From assembly GCA_977017645.1 (NCBI GenBank), contig OZ360223.1:187178001-187242000 (forward strand): 64,000 nucleotides of DNA. The letters run 5' to 3'. Below are positions 39,620 to 52,025 of this stretch, piece by piece. The notes under the pieces were generated by a model. The model saw only the letters and a program-made list of their open reading frames with translations. It was not told the DNA's origin and did not search any database. The DNA comes from Torpedo marmorata (taxonomy: Eukaryota). The translations under genes and the position numbers were made by a program. Position 1 is the first letter of the stretch. The number at the start of each line of letters is the position of its first letter.

Positions 39620-41450
39620 GATACAGAGTGTAGTGATCTAAGTTTGTTAATGACACTAAATTGGGTGGAAAAAAATTGCGCAGAGGATGCGGAGAGTCTG
39701 CAGAGAGATATAGATCGGTTAAGTGAGTGGGCAAGGGTCTGGCATATGGAATACAATGTTAGTTAATGTGAGGTTATCCACTTTGGAATGAAAAATTGAA
39801 GATCAGATTATTATTTAAATGGCTAGCAATCACAGCATGGTGCCATGCAGAAGGACTTGGGAGTGCTTGTGCATGAATTGTAAAAGGTTGTTTGGCAGGT
39901 GCAGCAGGCTATAAGAAGGCAAATGGGATGTTGGCCTTCATTGAAAGAGGGATTGAATTTGGGGGCAGGGAAGTTATGCTGCAACTGTACAAGGTACTGG
40001 TGAGGCCGCATCTGAAGTACTGAGTGCAGTTCTGGTCTCTTTTCTTGAGGAAGGATATACTGGCTTTGGAGGCAGTGCAGAGGAGGTTCACCAGGTTGAT
40101 TCCAGAGATGTGGTTAGCCTATGAGGAGAGATTGAGTCATCTAGCGCTGCACTTGCTTGAATTTAGAAGAATGAGATGGGATCTTATAGAAACGTATAAA
40201 ATTATGAAAGGCATAGATAAGGTAGAAGTAGATACGTTGTTCCCATTGGTAGGGGAGACGAGAACTAGGGGACATAGCCTCAAGATTCAGGGTAGTAGAT
40301 TTAGGACTGAAATGAGGAGGAACTGCTTTTCTCAGAGGGTGGTGAATCTGTTAAATTCGCTTCCCATTGAAGCAGTGGAAGCTACCTCGGTGAATATATT
40401 AAAGACAAGGTTGGATAGATTTTAACAAAGTAGGGGAATTAAGGTGTTATGGACCATGACTGACCATTTGGACTGTGGACGGTCAGCAGGAAGGATGAAG
40501 TCTTTTGGAGTACACACTGGGACCAGGTACTGAAAGAGTTAACTTGCCCAGGACTTGGTGTACCCAGAGAGAGAGCAGAGAGAGAGAGAGAGAGAGAGAG
40601 ACAGGCTGTGGAAAAGATACTTTGTTGCACTTTTGCAAAAGCAGGTGTAGACCTCTGCAAAAAGCAGAGTTTGGAGTTGCAAAGGCTAGAGAACACAGCC
40701 AAATCCAGGCTTGTGCATCCCAGAGAAAAGGCTGGAAGAATAGCACATGGCCTCCTGTCTCAGAGAAATTTTGAGGTAAAGCAACTTTTGTGGAGAACAG
40801 GCGTGAGATCAGCGAGACCAGCTGTGAGATCCAAGCACACGCCTAAATCAGTGGTATACTGATCTGAATTTGCAATCCTTATGAAAACACAAGAAGGGAA
40901 CGTCATCAGAGAAGAAAAACAAGCCAAGTATTTGTAAGCATAAACAGTCATTGTCTCTCTCCAACGTTCATTCGGAAGTACTTCTACCAGCACACCGAGC
41001 CGAATTTGAAACCTGAACTTAGAGAGTGGAATTTTGTGGACTGTATTATTCTTTTTTTGACTGACTTGTTTTTATGACTGATCTGGGGTTTTTGGGGATA
41101 TTTTTTCCATTTTTCCATAAGGGTTGGGCACAGACTGTAATGGTCTGGGCTTTACACACACGCAAACACACCTTTTAGATAAGAATAGTGTTTATAGACG
41201 TTTATAGTGGGGTTAATTGTTGTGAAATTATATGTTTAATTGTCTTTAATAAATATAAATTTCAATTTTACCCCTTTTGCATTGCGTCTTCTGTCGTTGC
41301 TGGTTTGATTTTGTAACAAAGGGATATGGGGAAAAGGCAGGTAGGTGGAGATAAGCCTATCATCAGATCAGCCATGATCTTATTGAATGATGAAGCAGGC
41401 TTGACGGGCCGGATGGCCTACTTCTGCTCCTATTTCTTATGTTCTTGTGT
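39620..41450 (+). mobile_element. CR1 LINE 3' portion interrupted by a solo LTR
   Basis: ORF 40024-40425 (QFWS...VQRRFTRLIP...RTRGHSLK); the 3' UTR resumes after 41322. Confidence 0.85.
40445..41318 (+). mobile_element. Solo LTR of the same Gmr1-like family, opposite orientation
   Basis: TGTTA...TAACA ends; TSD aagg (40441-40444 / 41319-41322); reverse complement of 35542-36385. Confidence 0.92.
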
Positions 41451-42719
41451 TGCAGGTGATGAGCAGGGCCTCACCATAGTTAAATACAAAATGATGATCA
41501 TGCAAGGTCATTTATCCCTGAATGTACATTAAGCATTTGTGCATGTGCTCCACCAAAGTTAGTACATTTAAATTCCTCACTTGCCCTACCTGGGATATAC
41601 TGTAATCTTTTGACATGATGATATGAAGAACTTTTTCAGCAAAAGTTTCTCAATCATGATTCAGCACCCACTTGATTTTTGCTCTCTCTGATTTTATAAT
41701 AGAGCTTCTCCTATTTGAACCAATCACTAGTTTTTTAGATGGGGGCCTTTCAGCAGTGTTGCCGAAATTAATTGCAAAATTGAAAGTCATTCAGAAAATG
41801 GCAAAATTTTCAATGCAAGAGCATTCATGAGAAGTGTGAGATGATGCTACTTAATATAATGATCAGATCTTCCTGGCTGAGTGTTTTTAAAAGCTCATTA
41901 GGAAAAAAAAATGCTGCTGCAGAATTTGGGGAAAAAGTGTGCGAAGCTGCAGAACTCTTGCACATTTGAATACTAAATGATTCATGGTAATTTGCATCAG
42001 GCAGCACAGTATTTTGTGCAATTGACACGTACAGTTTTTATAGATAGTGAATTGCATGAGGTTGTGTTCCATTGTATTGCCCAGTCAGTTGCACTGTAAT
42101 CTTTATAGAGTTAATAAAAATTATCTTCGTGAAATAGATCTTCAACGTGGTGTTTCTTAGAATGTAGCAATACCTGTAACTCAGTGGACTGAAACACATT
42201 GTAATATTGTGTGGGGTTGCTGGATTCCAACAACATACTGCACTAAAATAAACTTTTCATCATATCACTCCTAACTATCTTTCCCTGATCTCTAGGCTTT
42301 TGTTTTTTAGACAGAAATCCCGCGATATTACCGCAAGGAAGACCCGGCATGAAGCCGGCTTTGGTTGTTTACAATGAAACGAACAAAGCCGGCATTTTTC
42401 GGAGTCAGTGTGTCTTTTTACACAGCAAGCCGGCATTCCGCGAGCAAAAGAGGCGGGACATGTAACTCAACGACGACGGCGTCTCGTGTCACGTATAACA
42501 TACCGTATTTGACGGCATGTTCGACCAACATTTTTTCCCCAAAAAAAATATTCCCCCGGTCTTATGTGAGGTTGAAATTAGGGTGATAATGGTGAGTCAC
42601 GCCGACAGTATTGCTGTCGGTCCCTGCACTGGTCATTGTGTTGATAAAGTGTCAGGTTCGTGAGAGACGAATCTGGACACAAGGGTTTGCAATCATATGT
42701 TACTTTTGTTAACACACAA

Positions 42720-42907
42720 CAATTAATAGAAGAGCGTGGGAAAATCGTAGCGGGAATAAAACACACACACGCGCACAATTTATAAAAGAGCGTGGGAAAA
42801 TACGCGCACAATTTAATAAAACATACGCGCACAATCTATAAAAGTGTGGGAAAATACGCGCACAATTTAATAAAACGCGCACAATGTATAAAAGAGCGTG
42901 TGAAAAT
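42720..42907. repeat. Irregular CpG-containing minisatellite
   Basis: acgcgcacaat core repeated about 5 times, alternating with (gagc)gtgggaaaat. Confidence 0.8.
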
Positions 42908-42930
42908 CTACTGCAAGTATTGATCTGTAG

Positions 42931-43062
42931 CAGTGGATTTCAAACTTTTTCTTTCCACTCACTTACCACCTTAAGTAATCCCTATGCCATAGGTGTTCTG
43001 TGATTAGTAAGGGATTACTTATGGTGGTATGTGAGTGGGGAAAAAAAGGTTGAGAACCACTG
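42931..43062. mobile_element. hAT/Charlie-like palindromic MITE (partial second copy at about 43557-43620)
   Basis: CAGTGG..TCAA..TTTT / AAAAGGTTGAGAACCACTG TIRs; near-perfect hairpin along its length; TSD not recognisable. Confidence 0.65.
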
Positions 43063-43142
43063 CTCTAGTCCCAATTGTTACTGAAATATTTTGCTTGAGA
43101 AAAATTGTCATTGGCCCATTTCCTTTGGAGTTATGAAACTGT

Positions 43143-43520
43143 TGAAGCTGACTGCTACGAAGAAACACACACGCAGTGTGGAAGGTTAAGCTTTCTCTTT
43201 TTTTGAGGCTGGAAATGCTTCTTTTATACAGTTGGAGTTCCTGCCGTTTGGTTGATTGGTTGACATCAGCCGCATGAATAACAATAGCGGGCGGGAACGT
43301 TCTTACATGTGAATACCCTTCTTCCCCAGCCTGGTATTGATCTGTTAGCTGGGCAGCTTGGCCAGCGCCATTTTAGGGCTGCTGGTCTTGTACTGCTCCA
43401 GCTTTTAACCGCGCCGGTTCGCTATGCTAAGGGTCGCGTTACAGTGTGTTATTCCGCTGTTTGCTACCGCGCGCGCCACGCGATGTGCCGGCTCGATCTC
43501 CGTGGTGGCGGGCCGCCACA
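43143..43520 (-). mobile_element. Short CpG-rich solo LTR (Gypsy-like)
   Basis: TG...CA ends; 4-bp TSD ctgt (43139-43142 / 43521-43524); TATAAAA on the - strand near 43222-43228. Confidence 0.6.
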
Positions 43521-45670
43521 CTGTGCACATAACAAGTCAATTAGGTACGATTAAAACAGTGGTTTTCAAGCTTTTTCTTTCCACTCACATACCACCTTAA
43601 ATAAACCCTTACTAATCACCACTATCTATCGTTGGGGGCTGGTGGCGGGCTGTTGGGGGGCTTCAGATTGTTCAAACTGAGGACAAACCCACAGACCAGC
43701 TTGCTCACAGTACCAGGTGACTAGAGACACCTGGGGACAGCTGAGAGCAGGGCAGTGGGATCAGTGCGGGGACTGGTCTTTTATCACAATGCAACTCCTT
43801 AACACTAATCTCCTCTCCCTTAGTCTGTCAGTGACTGTCTTGAATACATCCAGTAACTGAGCATTCACACCCTCCTTCTGTAGAGTTCAGATTCAGTACC
43901 CTTTGATACATACTTTTTATCTTATTCATGAATGATCAAGCCCTATTTTGAAAGACCAACAGCCACCCCACATCTGTCCTGTCAAAACCATGAATTATGT
44001 ACTTATGAATTAAATCATTTCTCATTCTCCTCCCAGCAACACGTCAGTGCTTCACCCACCTAACGAAACGGTGAGTCTTGTAGAGGATGCATCACTATTT
44101 CACCACCAGCTCATTTCATCTTCAGCTCCAGCCATTTCATCTGCAGCTCATTTCAGACTTCTGCATTTATGGGAGCATGCATAGACATCCGAGATAGGCT
44201 AAACCCCAAGTGCCTGCCTAGTGAACTACTCGCTATCAGCCAGATCGACTCTGCCTTTTTCCTTTGCTGTATAATTGCAGCTCAATCTGGCAGACCTAGT
44301 GTCAAATCAGTGATGTACTGGGAATGATACCTTGCCGGGTTGGTGCTGGACCCAGCCACACTTTGTGATTGCCCTCACCTCTCTCCATAAGTAGCCCACA
44401 GCAACAGAGAGCAGGCAGTGGGCTGTCAGGAGAGAGTGGGACAGCGGACCGCCAGGAGAGAGCAGGCAGCGGGCCGCCGGGACAGTGGTATTATTATTAA
44501 AAAGATTTTCCTTTTGCATGTTTTGTCCAAGTTTTAAATGCTTACCCGTAAATACACTAAAAAGATTACGGTACACATATACATCCTTACCCGAATTGGT
44601 CACGGAATGCCGGATTCACCTTTTACACAGCCCGCGTTACTAGGTCTGCTGCCGGAAAAAATCCGGGATTGGAATGATCCCCCCCCATTCCTTCTTGGTG
44701 CTTTTTAGACAGCAGGTGTTCCATTAAAAAGGAACAAATGTCCCGGAACAAAAGGGCTGTGTAAAAAGCATATTTGACACATCCATGAGTGGTACATTCT
44801 TCCACTATCGGCTAGTCTAGGCGCCTCATAATTTTATATACGCCAAATAATCTCCCCTCAGTCTTCCTTCTCAAAAAAACAGTCCTACCCCTCAAATCGG
44901 TTCTTGTATCTTTGTTGATCCTTATCTCAGCAGCCAATCCTGTCCATCTTTTCTGAATTGTCTCTAATATCTTCACATCCTACCTATAAAATGACAACTA
45001 GATTTATAGCAATAATTTGGCTGGGGCCAAACCAGAATTTTATCGAGATTCAATATCACTTCCCTACCTTTATAATTTGTGCCTTTACGGAACTATATTG
45101 ATGAGCTTGTAAAATGGACAGAGCAATGGCAGATGGTGGTGGATGGAGGCAGATAGATTTAGATACACTCTACCGCCATCTGCTAGAAAATGGGATTAAG
45201 ATAGCTACTTGATGCCTGGCACAGACGTTTTGGGCTGAGGGGGTCTGTTTTCGTCTTGTATGATACTATGATAAAACCAAGAATTGTGATTGCCTCATAC
45301 TGACTTTCTCCACCTGCAATGCTACCTACAATGATTGGTGCATGTCCCTCTGCTCTTGTACATTTTTTAGAACAGGAATATTTTATTCTCAATTGCCTCT
45401 CCACATTCCTCTCTCAAAATGGTCGCTAATATTTGTCCATGCTAAAGTTCATCTGCCCATTCCACCAGCCCATTTATGCCCTGCAACAATTTATCACATC
45501 CTCTTTGAATTTCATAATACTGTCAATAATGCTTGCACCTCAAAGTTCAGATTTATTGTCAGAGTTTATACATGACATCACATACAACCATGAGATTCTT
45601 TTTCCTGTGGGCAGGCAGTATTTCTACTTATCGGTAGTGCAAAAAACTGGACTCAAGAAAAGATACGTAC

Positions 45671-48600
45671 TTGATAAGGAACATCAAAAGTTAAAAAGAG
45701 ACTGGGTGGGACATGTAGCAGCTTCATCATTTAATTCTAAAGCGAGAGGTGTAGCGATTTTAGTTAATAAAAAATTACCATTTAAAATACAATCAGTAGT
45801 GACTGATGTAGCTGGTAGATATGTTTTAATACATTGTCAAATTTATTCAGAAATATGGACTTTTTTGAATTTATATGTTATAAATCCGGATGACGAACAG
45901 TTTATTCAAGATGCTTTTTTACATTTATCTGAGGCTAAGGAAAATATTTTAATTGGTGGAGACTTTAATTGTTGTTTAAATGCGAGCATGGATAGGACTA
46001 CTAGAACACTTGCTAGACCTAAAATAGTTAAAAGAATTATTAATTTAATGGAAGATTTGAATCTGGTAGATATTTGGAGGAAATTAAACCCTAGAGAAAA
46101 AGATTATTCATTTTATTCTTTTAGACATAATTCATTTTCTAGGATTGATTTGTTTTTGATATCTTCACAAATTCAAGATAGAGTAACTCAAATATCTTAT
46201 AAAGCAAGAATAATTTCAGACCATTCACCTTTATTGATGACGTGTATAATTCCAGAGAAAGAAAAAACTGTATATAATTGGAGATTTGATTCTTCTTTAT
46301 TGAAAAGGAAAGATTTTTGTGAATATATGAGAAAAGAAATCCAGGAATTTTTAAGAATAAATAATAATTCGATTAATGATAAATTTATAATTTGGGAATC
46401 TTTAAAAGCTTACTTAAGAGGTTTGATAATAAGTTTTTTGGCAAAAATTAGAAAAGATTATTTGAAAGAAGAAGGAAAATTGGAAAGGGAGATTGAATTT
46501 ATGGAGAAAGATTTTCAAAGAAATAAAACAATTTTTAGGAGACAACGTTTAATTAGGAAGAAACTGCATTATAATATATTACAAACTCGAAAAATAGAAA
46601 AATTAATTGACAGAACGAAACAAAGATATTATGAATTAGGAGAAAGAGCACATAAAGTTTTAGCATGGCAATTAAAAAAAGAACAAGTTTCTAAAACTAT
46701 AAACGCTATAAAAAAAAAGTACTGGTGAAATAACTTATAAACCTCAGGAAATAAATGAATCTTTTAGAGAATATTATCAGAACTTATATACCTCTCAGAT
46801 TGATCATGATGATACAAAAATTAATAGATTTTTATCCAAAATTACATTACCTAGACTAAATAATTTTAATAGAGATATGTTAGATTTACCTATTACAATG
46901 AGAGAAGTAGTTGAAGCTTTATCGACATTGAAAAGTGGTAAATCTCCTGGTGATGATGGATTTCCGATAGAGTTTTATAAAGAGTTTAAAGATTTATTGA
47001 TACCTATATATATGGAAGTATTGAGTCAAATTAAGGAAACTCATTTATTACCGAAAACTTTTTTGAATGCTATTATTACAGTTATACCAAAGAAAGATAG
47101 AGATGTATTAAAAACTGAGTCATATAGACCTATATCATTGTTGAATGTAGATTATAAAATAATGGCAAAAATTTTAACAAACAGATTAGCTAAGTATTTA
47201 CTGATTTTAATACATTCAGATCAAGCAGGATTTATTAAAAATAGATATTCGAAAGATAATATAGCAAGATTAATAAGTTTAATTAATTTGCAAAAAAGGA
47301 AACAAGATTTGCCGTTGGTGATAACATTAGACGCGGAAAAAGCATTTGATAGATTAGAATGGAATTTTTTATTTAAGGTCTTAGAGAAATATGGATTTGG
47401 GAATACTTTTATAAATTGGATTAAAACTATATATAAAGAACCTACAGCTAGAGTAATTACAAATGGTCAAATATCATCTAAATTCCCCTTGATGAGGTCA
47501 ACAAGACAAGGATGTCCTTTATCACCTGCTTTATTTGTATTGGCAATAGAACCGTTGGCTGAAATGATTAGGAAAGATATTAATATAAATGGGATTAAAG
47601 TAGGTACAGAAGAGCATAAAATTAGTTTATTTGCAGATGATGTATTAATATATATGACAAAGTCTATTGAATCACTTCAACAATTAGCTAAGATATTGAG
47701 GGAGTATGGTGAGATATCTGGTTATAAAATAAATTCGGATAAGAGTGAGATAATGGCTTTATCTCAGGGAGATTATACTAAATGTAAAGAAGTTACAGGA
47801 TTTAAATGGGCTAAAGAAGGAATTAAATATTTGGGAGTTAAAGTAGATACAAAATTGGAAAATTTATATAAATTAAATTATATACCTTTATTTCAGAAAA
47901 TAAAGAAAGATTTGGAGAATTGGAAAGATTTACCTATAACTTTAATGGGAAGAGTGAATTGTATTAAAATGAATATTTTTCCAAGAGTTCAATACCTTTT
48001 TCAATCTATTCCTTTTGGAATTCCTCAACAATTTTTAAAAGATTTAAAAATTATTATTAGGAAATTTTTATGGAAGGGAAAATTAGCGAGAGTAAGTATG
48101 GATAAATTAACTTGGAATTATGAGATGGGTGGATTACAACTCCCCAATTTTCCACATTATTATAAGGCAGCTCAATTAAAGTTTATTAATGAATTTTTTG
48201 ATTTAACTAAATCTACTGCTTGGATTAATATAGAATTGAATAATATAGGGGAGAGATATAAAGAAGATATTATTTATAAATGGAATTCTAAATTATTATT
48301 AGTTAAAAAGAAAAATTCACCGATTATTAAACATTTGTTGGAAATTTGGACATAGTTAGACAATGAGATAGGACGAAAAGGGTTATTATCTCCAAATACG
48401 CCATTGTATCAGAATTTACTATTACCTTTTTCTATTGATAATCAATTTTTAAAAATATGGTTTCAAAAAGGAATTAAGAAGATTAAAGATTGTTTTGAGG
48501 CTGGAAGATTTGTTACATTTTCCAGACTGAAAGAAAAATTTGGAATATTGGATAATACAATTTTAGCTTATTATCAGGTTAAAGGATTTTTAGTTGAGAA

Positions 48601-49620
48601 ATTGGGGAATCAATTAATAGCTCCAAGACAGGATGGATTAGAATTATTAATTACTAATGGAAATGTTAATAAATTTATATCACAAATGTATAAATTACTT
48701 CAGAGAAAAATGCCTAAGGTAGGATTTCATAAATCAAGATTAAGATGGGAATCAGATTTAAATATTAGTATAGATGAAAAACATTGGAAAGATTTATGTA
48801 AATTGAGTATGACTAAAATTATTAATGTTAGGTATAGATTAGTACAATATAATTTTTTTCACCAATTATATTTAACACCTAAAAAATTAAAGAAATTTAA
48901 TCCGGCATTATCAGATATGTGTTTTAGATGTAAGGATGAAATTGGTTCGTTTGTTCATTCAACATGGTTATGTTCTAAAATTAAGGATTTTTGGTCTAAG
49001 GTTAAAGATTTTTTGGATAGAATTTTTAATATTACGGTTCCAATGGATCCTATGTTATTTTTATTTGGAGATATTAAAAAATTTAGTATTAGAAATAGAT
49101 TAAATATGTATCAAATAGAATTTTTGCGAATTGTTTTAGCGGTTTCAAAAAAATGTATTGCTATTACTTGGAAATCAGATTTAGATTTGAATTTAGATAG
49201 ATTGCATGCAGAATTACGTTCATGTATACCATTGGAAAAGATTACATATAATTTACGTAATAAATATCATTTCTTTTTGAAAATTTGGAGCCCATATATG
49301 AGAATTATGGGTATGAATTAATTCTCTAGAAGTCGGCTTCGCTGGCGAAATTAACCTCCAATATATAAATAGAATTAGCTTGTAATTTGTTTTCTCCTCA
49401 CTTTAATTCTTCAATTCTTTATTATTCAACATTTTTCTTTTTTTTTTATATAACCTTTTTTTTTCTTTTTCTTCTTTTTTTTTTAGAGTAGTGGTGGGCG
49501 GGTTGGGGAGGGGAGGGTGGGAGGGGGGGAGGAAATATATCACATGTACTTGGAATGATATATTAGTTTTGATCTATGTATTTTGTGATTTTTAAAATTT
49601 AAATAAAATTATAAAAAAAA
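45671..49620 (+). mobile_element. 5'-truncated L1 (family A), ORF2 almost complete but broken
   Basis: TSD aagaaaagatacgtac (45655-45670 / 49621-49636); EN (GGDFN, SDH) and RT (LDAEKAFD, LFADD); frameshift at the A-run near 46710 and a stop at 48353-48355. Inserted in a - strand Rex1-type tail (about 45540-45670 plus 49637-49840). Confidence 0.95.
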
Positions 49621-50507
49621 AAGAAAAGATACGTACACAAAAGAGAGAAATGTAAAAAACAAAAGAATTTGTAAACAAACTGTGCAATACAGAAAAAAAT
49701 CAGTAATAAATAATGTGCCAAGTAAGAGTTTGAATGAGTCCCTGATTGAGCTTGTTGTTTTGGAGTATGATGGTGGAGGGGTAGCAACTGTTCCTGAACC
49801 TGGTGGTACGAGTCTTGTGGCAGCTATACTTCTTTCCTTGTTCTGGTGGTCAAATCGGGCATATAAGGCATTAAGTTCATCTGGGAGTAAAGCTTTGCTG
49901 TCTTCTACGGCACTGGATTTGGTTTTGTAGCAATTTATGGCATCATGTCATTAACATCAAAGTCTATGCCAATAATATAGATGAAGAAATAGCAGCAACC
50001 CTAACACCATTCCCTGGGGCACCCCATTATTCATCTTTCTCGTCTGAAACCAACCATTGTCTATGACCCTTTTTTGAGTGTTACTTAGCCAACTTCGTGT
50101 TCATCAACAACAATGTTGTAATTTTAAACTGTTTTGTCTATTTTTGCTAATCATTTCACTGTGAATAAACTAAAAAAAAATAATTTCAAGAAATTGAATA
50201 TTCAAAAAAAATTGTTTTACGTACTTGCATAATAATCCTTTACGTGTAGTAATGAAGGCATTTAAGAATGTGTTTGTGTAATCTTCATCTAATGGATCTG
50301 TGATTCAGTGTGTCATTCAGAAAATCTTCCAAAGCCAATTTCAAATCTACCAACACACGTTAGCTCTGTACTACTGTTGCCTGAAGGAAAGACACAGTTC
50401 TACACAATAATGTACTTTTTCACTTGTTCCAAATCACTTTATCATTGGGACTTGATTTCGCCCTCTACCACAATCTCTCATTAAACCAGGCTGCTTTTAT
50501 TGTGAGA

Positions 50508-50707
50508 GTGAAACATAAAAGTCTGCAGACGAGATTGTTGTAAAAACACAAAAATGCTGGAAGAACTCAGCAGGTCTCGTAGCATCCATAGGAGGCAAAG
50601 ATGTAGACCTTGAAGAAGGGCTCAGGCCCGAAAGGTCGGTTATATATCTTTACCTCCCATGGACGTTGCGAGACCTGCTGAGTTCCTCCAGCATTTGTGT
50701 TTTATTA
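50508..50707. mobile_element. Non-autonomous Penelope-derived fold-back mini-element with one apical hammerhead-like motif
   Basis: TSD gct(t/g)ttattgtgaga (50493-50507 / 50708-50722); ~65-70 bp inverted arms enclosing TTGAAGA-A-GGGC TCAG GCCC-GAAA-GGTC. Confidence 0.78.
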
Positions 50708-51433
50708 GCTGTTATTGTGAGACAGGATGGAAATCAGATCATGGATCTTCCGTCAAAGTCCTGACGAGGTAAAGCCCCATGTCCTCTCTCCATGGTGCGC
50801 AGTGCTTGCAGCCAGCAGGGCCAAGTGTTGCCTGCTATTAGTGATTTATCTCTGCTGTGTTATTAACTTCAATATCTCTGTCTTACTGTAACTCAAAAGA
50901 ACCTTAATGAGCCAATACATTTACTGTTAGCAATAGAATTTTATTATTCACTCAGTTTCATATACTTGTTCCTCTGTATGATGTACTATTCATTGCTGAC
51001 TTTACTGTCCTGTCCTTTCAAGTCGCAAAGAATGATTATAAATATGAATAGAAGGAAGCTGGCAACTGTGCCCTTCCCCTTCGTACCTGAAAGAAAGCAA
51101 TTAGTTTTGAATGTTGGGTTCTGTATTATTATTCATTAATACTGTGTGGGTAAAGTGGCATCTCAAGCTTGCATGCATATTCTTCTATTCTTAAAAGCTA
51201 TTTTACTCTGATCAATATATATTGGTTAATCTATTTGTTTTAAGAACACTACCTGAAAATAGATTTTTTTCCATGTCATATTTCTGGATTGAAAGTTTGT
51301 TAAATTTGATTATGCAGAAAGCATGTGAGATTCATGAAGGTGATAGCTTTGTGTACTGCATACCATTGTCTCAGCTTGCAACAGATCTTGCTTTGTCTAA
51401 TCTACTTCTCATTGTCTCTGGCTCCCTCTGCAG

Positions 51434-51643
51434 GATCCTTTAGATCCCACACGCACTGTTATTGTAATTCGCTCTTTGGTGGTTGGTGGGGTTGCTGAAT
51501 GTGATGGCAGGGTGCTACCCGGGGATCGTCTCGTCTTTGTCAATGACCAAAATCTAGAGAATACTGCTTTGGCGGAAGCTGTTCAGGCTTTGAAAGACGC
51601 TCCGTCTGGCAAGGTCCACCTTGGCATCTGCAAACCAATGGTG
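51434..51643 (+). CDS. PATJ: PATJ coding exon (rest of PDZ5)
   Basis: ctctgcag acceptor and GTAAGC donor, 210 nt; [70 protein letters not shown]. Confidence 0.95.
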
Positions 51644-52025
51644 GTAAGCACCAATAATGTCCATGACTTGTAAACATTTGATAACCTCCAATCTCAGCCT
51701 CCAGGAAATTATGCATGCAAGAAAATAACATTAAAGTTGTCATTTTACTGTGGAATTCTGTATTTTGTTTCTTAGTATGAATGCAATTAAAATATGACAT
51801 AAGCTAACTTTTTTTTCTGCATTCGACAGTTGATTTTCAACAAATATTTTCATTTTAGACTGACTCCAAATTTTGACTGACAATGCTGACCATTTCAGTG
51901 TCAAGCCCTTTTTACACTGAAAAGCCACGTTATTGCCATATACACGACACGTCTCTGGAAGCCGGCTTGCTTGTTCACACAGAACAGAAGAACAGCCGGA
52001 TCCATGAGTCTTTTTACACAGCAAG

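Larger units (their letters stand above)
42301..44770. mobile_element. Non-autonomous DNA transposon (MITE-like) with nested insertions
   Basis: TIR tgttttttagacag / ctgtgtaaaaagca (12/14 match); internal tttt(t)acacag and gccgg repeats; homologous to 51905-52025 plus 55381-55605. Confidence 0.55.

Noticed and set aside
2001-42907. CRISPR-like or other prokaryotic systems suggested by the short repeats at 2001-2145 and 42720-42907
   Set aside because: These are tandem units without unique spacers or cas genes, in spliced vertebrate DNA.
45433-45670. N-terminal part of the 431-aa ORF as a novel fusion protein
   Set aside because: Chance read-through from flanking repeat sequence into the 5'-truncated L1, whose TSD boundary is at 45670.
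50760-50790. CTGACGAG as a further hammerhead core
   Set aside because: No convincing stem II followed by GAAA.
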